A stretch of 64,000 nucleotides of DNA from Camelus ferus (Eukaryota): positions 107,448,001-107,512,000 of the forward strand of contig NC_045697.1 of assembly GCF_009834535.1 (NCBI RefSeq), written 5' to 3'. Under the pieces are notes generated by a model that did no database searches, was not told the origin of the DNA, and saw only the letters and a program-made list of their open reading frames with translations. Within the stretch, counting starts at the first letter, position 1; each line of letters starts with the position of its first letter. The translations under genes and the position numbers were made by a program. This document shows, in pieces, positions 52,501-64,000 of the stretch.

Positions 52501-55049
52501 GTACCAGGATAAACATTTTCATAAAAAGCAGGAAAAAGTGCACATATGTGTACATGTTCGTCAGCTTTGGTTCGGAAGGTCCAAAGGCACAGAAAGTGAC
52601 ATACAACACATCACACATCACACTGGTTATTCTGGGGATTTGAATGGACTGGAGGGAGATTAATTTTTTCTTTTACTAAATGTTTGTATTGTTTGACTTG
52701 TTACAGCAAATAACTGTAAAAAAAAATCCAACAAACTCAATCACAAGAAAAAAGTTGTAAGATCAAGCTGCCAAACAAACCAGAACAAAAACCACTAAGA
52801 AAAAAGAGAAGAAATATGCAAATTCTTGTCCCTTTAGTTGCTTTTCCAAGGCAATAATGGCCATAACATTTTCCATAAAGTAACTAGAAAAATAAAAACT
52901 TTTTTGGATATTACTCCTCAGTGATTCTATTTAATAGGAAATAATGCAGATAGATACTTTTGGATTTGTCTAATTTAGACAGATTTAGTTCATAATAATT
53001 AGTCTTTATCTGTAACCTTGAATAATATAATTGTTTAGAAAAATCATATTTTATTATTCTTTAACTTTCTATTCATCATAGGCTGAGGATCGGTGTGGGA
53101 GGCAGCTCTTCCTCTGTGACAAAGAGAAGAGGTAACTCTTAGTTTCTTTCATCCTAACTATGCTTACGTTCAGCTATTTGAAAACCAGGTCCCCCCATCC
53201 TCTCCTGCCTACCTAGTTCCCTCATTAAAACACAATCTTTGTTACCAATTTTTTATACATCTTCCAAAAACATAGCATATTTGCATGTAAGTATGTGCTT
53301 TAATCCCAACAGTAGCTAAAATACCATGAATACTATCTATACTTTGCATTTTTCACCTAATAATATCTTGGAGGTGGGTCCGCAGTAGGGGATAACAGGT
53401 AGTCTGCCTATTTCTAGTTACTGCACAATATTCCACTGTATGGATGCACCAAAATTTATCTAAGCAGTCCACTGAAGGTTATTTCCAATATTCTGTAGTA
53501 GAAGTCCTTAATCTGGGGTGCAAGAATAGACCCTTGAAGCTTTGGGAATTACCTCCAACTGTGCACACATGAGCAAAAGGGTTATTTTTAAGGGAGATAA
53601 AAGATTTATAGGCCAATCAAATTCTCAGAGTTCTGTGATCCAGAAAGGGTTAAGAACTGCAGTGTCATAATTTTCTCTACCACAGACTGTTTGCTTTTGC
53701 TTCCACAGAAAAAAACACAAACATCTCCAGAAGAATCTCCTATCCAAATCTTAGGGAAGTCAATGGCTTCTTTCCCTACTTTTTGTTTGCAGTGTTTCCT
53801 CTGCCCTCCTTCCAGCCCCTCACACCGATGCCAATTCCTCTACACCTGCTGCCGAGCAGGCAGGCCCCTTTACACCTGCATCCGCATGGTCTTCCGTCAT
53901 TGAGTTGAGAAACACACTGATGATCATGCAGTTTTCTGTCCATTCCCTGTCTCTAATAACATGCTTGTCATCATAATCGGTTTCACCATCCTTGGCTTGC
54001 TTTTCTCTCATTTCTTTCCCTTGAGTTCGGCTAATAGCAGAAATTGGCTGCTAAACTATTACTCTGGTCTGTGTAATGGGGCTGACAGCAGAAGCGTTCT
54101 GCTTTTTTTTTTGACAACTGGGTATGATTTGTAAAGGTGTGAAGAGGAATTGCTAATGCTTCTCAGTCCCGTTACATTAACCTGGAAGGCATTCTACCCA
54201 AGAATTGAATCCAATATTAAATTGCCTGTTTTATGAGTTTCCCTTTAATAATTTTTCTAATCTTTACAATGTTTTCACAGCTTCGGTATTTTCTGATCTC
54301 TATTTCCTGAGATTAATAAGGCAACTTTATTTTATGGAAACTACTTTATTGGATTTTCTTTATTTTTGAGGAAAGAGAAAAAGAAGGAAAGACATATTTG
54401 AGTTTCTCTCCTCTCTCTTGTGTTCCTCCCCCAGTCTCTGGCTGATGCTAGGATGATTAAGCAAGGTTTCACAAAGAGACCATAATCCTTTATTTACAAA
54501 GACAATGCATGAAAATACCACCAAAAAGTCACGACGCCTTACAGCATGGAGGACATGGTCAATTATATTGTAATAACTTTGTATGACGACAGATGGGAAC
54601 TAGACTTCTCATGGTGATCATTTTGAAATACTGAATCGCTAGGCTGTACACATGGAGCTAACATACTGCTGTAGGTCAGTTATACAAAAAAACGTGTAGC
54701 TACCCCTCTCAAAAAAAGTCACAGAGCCCAAATCAATAAACAAAAATCCCTCTGCGTACTGAGGAATCCAGAGGTGATCTCGAAGGCCTTTGGAGGGCAA
54801 TAGGCAAAGAGGCAACAAGGTCCAGTGTCCACTCTAGGGTAACCACAGTATGGACGATGATGGGTTTGGGGCAGAAGCAGTGGCTCAGTTCTGGAGGCCA
54901 CTGCAGGAATCTGGGCCTAACGGTCTAAAGTGGGGCAGTAGCAGGAGGGCTGGAAATAAGAGGAAGATTTAAAAGCTAATCAGAAGGTAAAACCAGCAGG
55001 ACTTGGCAACTGACTTGGATGTGAAGGGCAAGAAGTAAGAGTAACAACT

Positions 55050-55250
55050 CCTACTTAATGAGCACTTACCATGGTTCAGACAGTGTGATAGGGCTTTCCT
55101 GCATAAGCACGTTTAATACTTGTAATAGCTCTACGAGGAGTATTATTATCGTGTTTTATAGATGAGGAAACCGAGGCAGTGTGGGGGTAAGTAAACTGCT
55201 CAAGGTCACACAGCAGTCAAGTGGTAGTGGCTGACTCTAAGTCCAAACAA
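55050..55250 (-). mobile_element. MIR SINE
   Basis: tgagcacttaccatg...ttttatagatgaggaaaccgaggca...gtaaactgctcaaggtcacacagc. Confidence 0.8.
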
Positions 55251-57090
55251 CTGGCCACTGTGTGACAGGTAGGAAGGCTCAAGGATGATCTACAGGATTC
55301 TTCAGGGAGGGCTGGTGTGTGAGGGCGTCACTAAGGGAGGCGCAGAATACAGGAAGAGGAGCAGGTTTAAAAAGAAGATAAGAGTGTTTAGTTCAGTATA
55401 ACTCCACAGTTAAGAGCGATGGTTAAAGGCAGGTGGGACGAGCAAATTATACATTTTGCTAGAAGACTGCCTCAGTAATTAACTGTTGTGCAATGAAGTG
55501 GTAGAAATCAAGAAACAGAAAAGGCTGAGTATGAAGCAGGGCACTGTATTCATGTTGATGTGTATTGCTGGCCTTCCTTCTTGATGATGACTGTAATTAT
55601 CTGCGCGATGACACAGAATAAATTCTCACCAATTATTAACCAAGTTGCCATCCCCATAGAATCTAGCAGCTTCTGCAAAAGGTGGTATGTCTTTGGCTTG
55701 TATGGTTTCCAGCCCTTAACAGCTTACTGCTTTTGGATCTACCCATTCCTGTCCTACACGGCACCTTGTTGACAGCAAAAAGGTTAAGTAAGAAAATGAC
55801 ATGACAGTTAGAAAGACCTGAAAAGTTTTTAATACATTGCCTGGTTTAAGGATTCATGAAAATGTTGGGTTAGCAACACCATACGGTGAAAAATAAACTA
55901 GTAGAATAAAAGGACTGAGTGTGACTCCTGCTTTGGAAAATTGTTCTATGACATGAGTAAGTTACCAATTGATTTCTCTCAGTCTAATTTTCTTATCTGC
56001 AAAGTGCGGCCAACGATACCTTGCAGAGGGTTACTGTGAGTATTAAATTAAATAATGTATGTCTGGGTATCTAGCAGAGGGTTTGGAACACGGCAGAAGT
56101 TCAGTATATGCTAACATTTTTCTTTCTCCTTCTTATGGACAAGAGGCATGCTACAGACAGTTACAATGTTGTGTGCATGATAGATATTTAATAAATTTGT
56201 GTTTGTTATCATTTAGAATACACCTGTGCTGTGCAGAACTGGGTTTTGAATCACAGAGTTTGTATCATTTTGATGCACCTTAAAGATTTATAAGGTGACA
56301 GCTAACCTTTTGAAAATACTATTAAGCTTATATGTTCATAATTTCGACTCAAATAAGTAAACAGTAGTAAAAGGAACCTTATCAATGACAAGCAGAGCAG
56401 CTTAGTTTGGCAAATCAAAGATAAGCTTTACCATCACACTCTCCATCTGAACACTGTGAGGAAAGAGAACATACTCTCTGCCTCTTGGGAAAATCTAATT
56501 GTCCTGATCTTGGCAGGAAACTTACAACTGTTGTATTTTATTTACAAAACTTTGCATTCTCAAGGGAAGATGTTCCATGAAGATTATAGGAAAACATTTT
56601 TGCAACATATGGCTGGGTTTACTGCTCCTGCTGGAGTCCTCCCCAGGGCTGGCCCCTCTCCTAGCACTCCCACAGGGCAGGTTCAATCTGAGGAGCCCTT
56701 CTGAGGCTGTTGTGTGACTTTTGGCCTCTGAGAAGTTTCCCTCTCCACCCTCCTAATGCTCGAATCTCCACCTGTCAGAGGAAGGAGACAGCCTCCCACA
56801 TAGTTGAGTCCCTAGTGCCAGCCCGCTTATTCCTGGCTCATGTAAGAGTAATCAACGTCTCCATCTTCCCATCCCGTACCTTCCCTTCCCTCTCTGTTTC
56901 TATTTCCATCTCCTACTCGGCTCCATGTTTCTTCATCTGCCTGTTTCTCCCTGTCTCTGCACACACACGCATATGCACACATGTGCACGCACACACCTCA
57001 ATACTGATGTGCCGGAAATAAAACAGAAAGTACCATTCAAGATACCCTGTGATGAGTTTAGACTCCCCTCCCACTTCTGATTTTACTCAC

Positions 57091-58096
57091 CCAGAACCAT
57101 CTCTGAACCAAGAGAGTCTTCAACCAGGTTCCCCGTTGGGGTGGGTAAAACATCATCATCAAAGCTGATGAGGTCGATGTCCCCCAGAGGCTTGCTCTGC
57201 AGAACTGGCACTGGGGGGTTGGCTGGAGGTCCCTCTCCCAGCGACCTGAATGCTTTGGCTTGTGATGCCACTGAGAGTCGGGGAGGAACAGTGACCGGTT
57301 TCAGCAAAGCCGCAGGGTAGTTGGGGTTTTCTGAGGAAATGGATTTCTTCGGCAGCAAAGGCCGAGGAGCAGGAGTGGGGGCTTTCCTCCCAATGTCAGG
57401 GCTCTCGGCCACAGGCCCTCCTCCCAGAATCTCATGATTCACACTTCGTATAAGGCCAGGGTTTGGTTTCTTTGGCAATTCAGGTTTGGTTCCCGGGATG
57501 CTCCTGGCTTCTTGCGTTGGGGAATGTGGGGTGAGCCCTTCCCCGGAGGCCACCCTGAGTCTGTTTTCAGTCCAGGAGTCCCATTCTCCAGAAGCTCTGT
57601 TGGCTGCTGGTTTGGGAGCCACAGAGGGTTTCCCTGAGGGAACAGCAGGCCTTGGGGGCAGTGTGCGGGGAGCAATTTCTGGTTTCTTGGGCAGTCCCAA
57701 GCTTTCTGTATTTGTCTGACCCTCAAATGCTTTGATCCTTGAAACTGACAGTATTTTGGCTTCGTTCTGTGTTCATAATGTTCATCACTGCCTGACTATC
57801 CAAGTCGCTGGTGTTGTCCAACAGAGCCTGGGGCCGGCTCGGGGCTGGCTCCTCGCGGGTGGCCGCTGCGCTGCTTTTCTGGTGATTCTGCTCTTTAATG
57901 TGGGTATCTCTGGCTACTGGTCTGAGGTTGCTTTTTGATCTTGGTTTTGGCACTGGACATCTTGTAGCACTGGAGTTTTCTGGACAATTCTGTTCTTCGG
58001 AAACATCAAAGACTATTAAAGGTGCCACATTTGTCACATGATCGCTGGCTGAGGCCGCTGGGGAAGGCTGCAGAGGTTTGAGAGGTGCCGGCAGTG
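57091..58096 (-). CDS. SH3D19: SH3D19 large proline-rich exon, with an apparent +1 frameshift near 57746
   Basis: TLPAPLKPLQP...MNIMNTERSQNTV in one frame, then VSRIKAFEGQTNTESLGLPKKPEIA...DIDLISFDDD...SEMVL in the next. The exon is 1006 nt between phase-1 junctions. Confidence 0.93.
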
Positions 58097-58776
58097 CTGA
58101 CAAGAACAGAAGTTGCAACGTTAAAATAGAAAAGACAAAACAATAGAAGATACACAAATTTTAAAAATATACACGTAGACTATCAAGAGATTTTGGTTTC
58201 CTTAATTAGTAAAGAGTAATTCTAAAATCAGTGGGGAAACGTTTATATCCAGCTTCCTGCAGAAGGGCTCTTCAAGTTGTCTTTATTCATATAATATTCA
58301 TTATGTAATATTTTAAAACACTGTTACATCCCTGATTCTCAGTGGACTTATCAGTGAGCCATTTCTCTCTTGTCAAAATTTCAACAATTCTTGCTTTACT
58401 TTTCCAAAGTAACGTACTCTCATCTGTTAACGCTAATACAATGCTTTTTAAAAGCCTAACAGAACCTTTAGCTGCCTATCAAGTTTAAGTTGCTAAATAC
58501 AACATCTTTCTCAATGGGAATAAAGGGCATCGACTGGCAATACCAACCATGAGCTAAAAAGATGTTTTTGTGATATGAACTGGGGTGACTGGGGCCTTGG
58601 CTTGAGAATGATCTATTATAATATCACAGCAAGCCCCAATAAAGCAAGCACACAGTGACCACGCTGACTGGGAGGCAGAGCTCAATGAATAATGCACAAA
58701 TTACAAGTTACTCTAAAGGCTAGAACCTATTGATTAGTTCCCTAGAACTAGGTCAGAACTAGGGAAGACAAATTAC

Positions 58777-58939
58777 TTGCATTACTTTGAGGCAGATGGT
58801 TGTCTATTTCTTCTGAGAAGTCAGTCTGAGTTGCAGAAGTAATAGTGTGCCTTGGAGTGGCAGCAGCATTATTGTTATTTGTACTATTAACTTGAACTTG
58901 GTTGATTTCTTTTATGACTTGTTCATAAGACGGTGGGAG
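58777..58939 (-). CDS. SH3D19: SH3D19 exon (long isoform; LPPSY motif)
   Basis: gcag|LPPSYEQVIKEINQVQVNSTNNNNAAATPRHTITSATQTDFSEEIDNHLPQSNA|gtaatt; 163 nt. Confidence 0.88.
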
Positions 58940-59066
58940 CTGCAAAGTGAAGAATGAAGATTTTAGACACCTGTGGGCTATAGCCAAGGTGTTAACAGTC
59001 TCACTGTTCTTATCCTTGAACTTCATTTAAAACTAAAATGCAAAAGATCATGTGGTATTTATTCAC

Positions 59067-59205
59067 CTCAGCAGGAACCAGCTCACTGGGCCTCCACGGG
59101 CCTGCTGCAGAAGACGGGGGAAATCCCAGTCCTGGAGGTGGTGCTCCTGGAAACCACGAGGCCGGCCTCAGTGGCTCGGCTGCCACAATGGTGATCTCTG
59201 GGCGC
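59067..59205 (-). CDS. SH3D19: SH3D19 exon (long isoform)
   Basis: ccag|RPEITIVAAEPLRPASWFPGAPPPGLGFPPSSAAGPWRPSELVPAE|gtgaat; 139 nt. Confidence 0.9.
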
Positions 59206-60799
59206 CTGGCAGACAGAAGCCTCAGTGAGGGTTTTCGGTTTGGTAACAAGCTATCGTCTACTTGCAAATGTTCAAAGATCGAGAAAATAACTACCACCCA
59301 AAAAAGGTTACAGAAGAACCGCCAAAGTCACAGAATGACCTGTCTGGCCTGGGCTGTCTCTCTCAGCACACCCAGGCAGGCTTCCAGAGAGCAGATGACA
59401 GTCATCCTCCACGACACTGGCCTCCGAAAGCTAGAGATGTACCCTGAGCGCACTTCGCTCTGCCTTGGTTGGTAAGAATAAGGACTAAGACCCGTACAGT
59501 CCCTCCCTTCCAGGGCTCTGCGATGTAGCCTAGAGCACAGACAAGGAGTTACCTTAAGGGGGCAAAGGGCATTGGTCAAAGAAAAGATTAAGTTTTCTGT
59601 TATTATAAAGTACGTACTCTGAAATGATGCCTTGTAATTAGAACAGCCCCTTCCTCCTCACTCAACCTCTCTCACATTCAGAGTTATCTCTAAGTGTTTA
59701 GAGTTTACACGTTCACTTACAGACCCTGATGTGTGTGTCCGTGTTCCTGGTCAGTCTGTATATGAACCTGATGACTCACCTTCAATACTGAGGAGCCATA
59801 GTTAGGCGTGCCTTCTTTCATCATTTCCTTAACCTGATTCTACGGTCTCATATTTAAAGGTTTACTTTCAACCTGATTTCCTTACAAATACCAGCTGTGT
59901 GACTCTGAGCACACCCAGCCAACCTCTCTGAGCCTCGCTTTTCTCATCTAACAAACAGGTATGATGATACCTGCTCTGCTTTTCTCTAGTAGTCTACGGA
60001 AAATAAAAATTAAAACTAAAATTAAAAAGCACTGCTATTATCAAAACTGTGCATGTATACATATTCTCGTGCTAGCTTGTGAAACAGCAGAACCTGCCCA
60101 TTGATTACATTTGAATTGAATTACCTAAGAACCTCTGCTTATGGCTGTCTAAAGGCTAAATAACAAGAATTATTTATTAGCACAAAGGAGTATATGTGTG
60201 TGGGTGGGGAGGGCTATGTGCGAACTCTCTGTATTTTCAGCTCAATTCTGTTGTGAACCTGAAATTGCTCTAAAAGAATAAAGTCTATTTTAAAAAAAAG
60301 AATACATACTTTTGGCATGAGAAAAATGATTAAACAAAGTTATAGGATCATATCACAAATATTATTTAAACACTAAAAGTCATATATTAGAAGAAACTGC
60401 ACTGACAAAGGGAAATACAATTATAAGATCTAACTACAGGGAGAAGCAGGGTTCTGAGATGTATGTACAGAATCTAGTTACCTATCTTCATAATCTGGAA
60501 TGTACTATTCAAAGTTATTAATCGTTGCTGTCTTTACATAGGAGGGTGAATAGGCTGTTTATGTTTTTCTTGGTTATCCGATATTTTCTGTAATGAGCAT
60601 GTATTATATTCAGAGTTAGAAAAATTGTTTCACAAATTGCATTTAGCCAATACCCTCTTAGACACTGTGCTAAGTGTGCCACACTGAATTTACTGTCAGT
60701 CTCCTCTGTGGAATCCAAGTGAGGCATTCCAATTTTTATATAGCTTTTATCTAACTAAATAATGCAATACTAGTTAATAAATGTTAACCACTATATACA

Positions 60800-60970
60800 C
60801 ATTAACCCTTAAGGACAATCGTACAAGGTATGATATGTACTATTTTAAAGATAGGAATATAGAGGCTAAGAAAGGTTAAGGAGTTTGTCCAAGGTCACGT
60901 GGTGAGAAAGTGAGGCTTGGATTTGAACTTGGTTATGTCTGACTCCAAAAGTCCTTGTTCTTCACTACTG
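60800..60970 (-). mobile_element. MIR SINE
   Basis: gaggctaagaaaggttaaggagtttgtccaaggtcac...ggatttgaactt...tctgactccaaaa. Confidence 0.7.
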
Positions 60971-61572
60971 TATAAGAAATTTGAGAGCAGGGACCATGTC
61001 TTCTAGAAATCTATCTTATTTATCGACCTGTTCACCTTTGCATCCATTCTGCCATCTATCTGTCTATTGGTCCCTCCTATCTATCCAATGACTCGCTCCC
61101 CCCGGTCCCCTCCGTCCTTCCCTCCAACCAGACATCTAGCCATTTTTATTGGTTCAGCTATCCGTATAGCCTGCCTGACTCTTTTCCTTTCTTTATCCTT
61201 TCTTTATCCAATTTTCTATCCTGTCATCAGTTCTTACATCCATATGACATTTACTAAGTATCTGTGAGGTCTAAAGCATTTCTCTGCAGCAACCACAACA
61301 ATGCTTTCCATATAGCAATTGCTCAGTAAACATTTGGAAATTGAGTGCAATAAATAATTACTGTCAAAAGGGCATTATCAAGCTTGTGCTGCTGCTTCTC
61401 TCAAGCAAAATCTTCATCATTTAAACTTATAGACAAATTCATAAAACGTATCAATGAGGCAGGACACTGTAATACACTGCTTATGAGAGAAATATTTAAC
61501 TTGCTAACTGATGACACAATTTTACTTCACAATTATCAGAATATATGTCTTCTATTATAAACAGAATCATAC

Positions 61573-61615
61573 CTCCTATCTCGATGAAGCTCACTCTGAA
61601 TAGAAGTCCGAGAAG
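61573..61615 (-). CDS. SH3D19: SH3D19 43-nt exon (long isoform); upstream exons lie outside the window
   Basis: ttttatag|CT SRTSIQSELHRDR AG|gtatga; phase joins correctly to the exon at 59205. Confidence 0.85.
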
Positions 61616-64000
61616 CTATAAAAGAAAAAATTAACTGATATAGTACAAAATTAGTACATTCAATAGAGGTTTAAATTTTTATATGATATACTATTGGAAA
61701 AAGTTAGCTTATACTTGACATCAGATAGAATGTATGAATTTTAACACCCTTAAGTAGAAAAGCAAATCAAAAGGATCTTTTCATATGGCCTAAAGTTAAT
61801 TACAGGGATATATTTGAATTGCATGAAAAAAGACAGATTTCAAAAACTCCCCAAAGCACATTCTGTGGTTCTGAAAATAAGCTGAAGAATGAACAGAGAA
61901 AAGAAGACAGCTATTAAATAGAAACTGCATGGTGAGAGCATTATGATGACATGAATTAACAATGGGCAGAAAAAAATTTTAAGTGTCTCTTCTAATCCAT
62001 GTGACTCTACTTTTGTAATGTTTGTTTATAACTCTACTGTAAAGAGAGTGGATGTGGTCAAATTTTCATCTACTTTTTAATTTTCCTGGAGTTTTACAAG
62101 CTTTAAGTTGTTTCATTGCTTAAATTAAGAGAGTATAATAATAAATGCAAAAAGTATTCAAATCTCTTTTATAAACATGTTTCTAGCAGACAGTATTATT
62201 GTACATTCAGCACTAACTTTTCCCTTAAACCTCGAACTCAAAAATCTAGATGGTTTAAATTTTTTCCAAATTTTATTTTAAAATTATATCTTAATCATAC
62301 AACAATCAGACATAATTTATTTTAAAATTATGTCTTAATACGTCACATATGGGGTCACATATTTACATATAAGTGTAATACAGAAAAGTATCCCTATTTT
62401 AAGGAGCACATTCCAAGGATATCTTATAAAAAGTCTTCAAATACTATACTGTAAAGATTTGTGGACAAAAGGGAGTTTGTTTTAGATATAAACTATTTCT
62501 ACCTTCGTATCTCTCCAATACTCTATCAATTCTTCTGATTCAAAAAGGTTGAAGGTATGAATTTTCTCTTTCTTCTTCCTATTAACTTCTGGCTCTCTCT
62601 GAACAAGGAGACTGCCAAGACTGGGGAGGCTGGGGTGGAGATGGCAGGTGGGGATAAAAGTTAGGCTGGGGCTGGAGCTGTGGCAGTGGAACCTACGTGA
62701 GGTTAGCAAAGCAAACTCAACATCTGAAACCCAAACCCCTGGATCTTGAGTTGGAGGATGTTCTGGCTTGATTGGTACATTTTTATCAAGAGTTAAACCA
62801 AGTCAAGGTGCATTTTATCTATCAGAATAAAAGAAGACAGAGAGGCTTTAGCTCTGAGTGGCACAGCTGATTTGTAAGAATGGTTTCATTAAGTTAGAGG
62901 CTCACCGAGTGTGCTACAATCACATTACCATCATCACTAAAGCAGAATCAGCAGACACAGCACTTTTAAAAGCCGTCATGTTATTATTACAAACATACCT
63001 CTTCCACGGGGCATTTTGCTGTGCACTATTCATGAGTGCTAAGGGAAAAAAAGAAGGGGTTACAGAAGAGGAAAGGGAGAAAAAAGAGTGAACCCAGTTG
63101 CGTAAATTCTAACAGGAATTCAGGAGCAAAACTGTCTTGCCATGCCACTGTTTCTCCCCACTCTGCACTTCGATGGAAAGGAAAGGTTGATGAAACATAG
63201 TTTCAGAGAGTAAAGAAATATGTTGCAAGTGAAGATATGTCCACACACATAACCACAGTAAAAAAAGAAAATTTCCTACAGTTTTTAACAACAGTGAAAA
63301 AAAAAAAATCTAAAACCCATTTTTGCAAAATCAATCTGCTACTTCAACAGGGATCAATTTTCAAGTATGAATAATATTTAAAAGGTAATTCAGAAGACAA
63401 TTTACATCTTTTAAATCAGTGGCTTTTCACTTGATTCAGCCCCTTCACACCAGAGGCATTAGTAACAGCGTCCCCGGTTAGCAGAGTGGAAGTCCCACTC
63501 TGGATGTAGCTGAATGAGGGGAGAGAAGGTCTCCTAGTCATAGAGTTCTCTGCACATCTGTGGACTATCACTACTCTCCCCTCTGCTGCTCCGAATTTAA
63601 AATTTTTTTTCTCACGTTCACTCATCTTGGAAATCTCTTTTCTCTCTTGATCCTTACAGAGTGATTGGTACTTTTTGTCAGGATTGAACAAGTTTAACAG
63701 CTAGAAATCCTTTAGATTTTCACAGAGCATCTCACACTCTTCCTGCTAATTTCTCAACTATCTGCCTAATCTCATTCTCACTTTCCCAGATTAAACAGAT
63801 TTGATGTAGGTGTTGCCAGGAGAGTCAAATCTTCGACCACATAGGCCAACATGCTCCTTTTAACCCGTGCCACAAACTGCCAGTCCTCCATGCATTTTGG
63901 ATTAAGGCCACAGAATAAAGGCGATACTTTAGATGAAAGTTATATCATTTTACAGAATTATTTTCAAACTTTCCTAGTTCATATGTTTAAATTCTAAATA

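Noticed and set aside
53820..54011. ATG-initiated 63-aa ORF as an alternative first exon of SH3D19
   Set aside because: No good splice donor before the stop and no promoter features.
56957..56996. Alternating purine-pyrimidine tract with Z-DNA potential near the large exon donor
   Set aside because: An ordinary degenerate (CA)n repeat with no evidence of function.
57720..57730. Programmed +1 ribosomal frameshift at ATT TGA G restoring SH3D19
   Set aside because: Any +1 slip would restore the frame. There is no antizyme-type UCC UGA site or evident stimulator, and orthologues as I recall them are continuous, so an indel is far simpler.
20712..59778. Scattered TGA(C/G)TCA AP-1 sites
   Set aside because: The number seen is about what a 7-mer gives by chance in 64 kb.
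21262..61615. Calling SH3D19 an established pseudogene
   Set aside because: There is only one lesion in 18 exons, and all splice sites and SH3 residues are intact, so there is no sign of decay.
63416..63691. 91-aa minus-strand ORF as an additional SH3D19 exon
   Set aside because: No convincing acceptor/donor pair and no resemblance to the SH3D19 N-terminus I recall.

Overview
This is mammalian genomic DNA, most likely from a camelid, because it carries a vic-1-like tRNA-derived SINE. It holds two convergent genes. On the + strand is a complete, intact RPS3A (6 exons, 795-nt CDS, 264 aa) with a CpG-island/5'TOP promoter and two intronic C/D-box snoRNAs (SNORD73B-like and SNORD73A-like). On the - strand are the last 18 coding exons and 3'UTR of SH3D19 (five SH3 domains); its 5' end lies beyond the window. 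The main anomaly is one extra base in the large SH3D19 exon (1006 nt between two phase-1 junctions). It shifts the frame and creates a premature TGA, while every other exon is intact, so it is either an assembly error or a recent loss-of-function allele. Other notable items: a ~1 kb exon-like, decayed-ORF stretch in an SH3D19 intron; an L1 3' fragment whose target-site duplication copied a splice branch point and which may carry a short 3' transduction; a perfect DR4 element just past the RPS3A polyA signal; and an ERVL pol remnant. The rest is ordinary ancient repeats (MIR, L1, L2, MER, MLT). I found no convincing new biological system. Comparisons to human sequences and repeat consensuses are from memory, not database searches.
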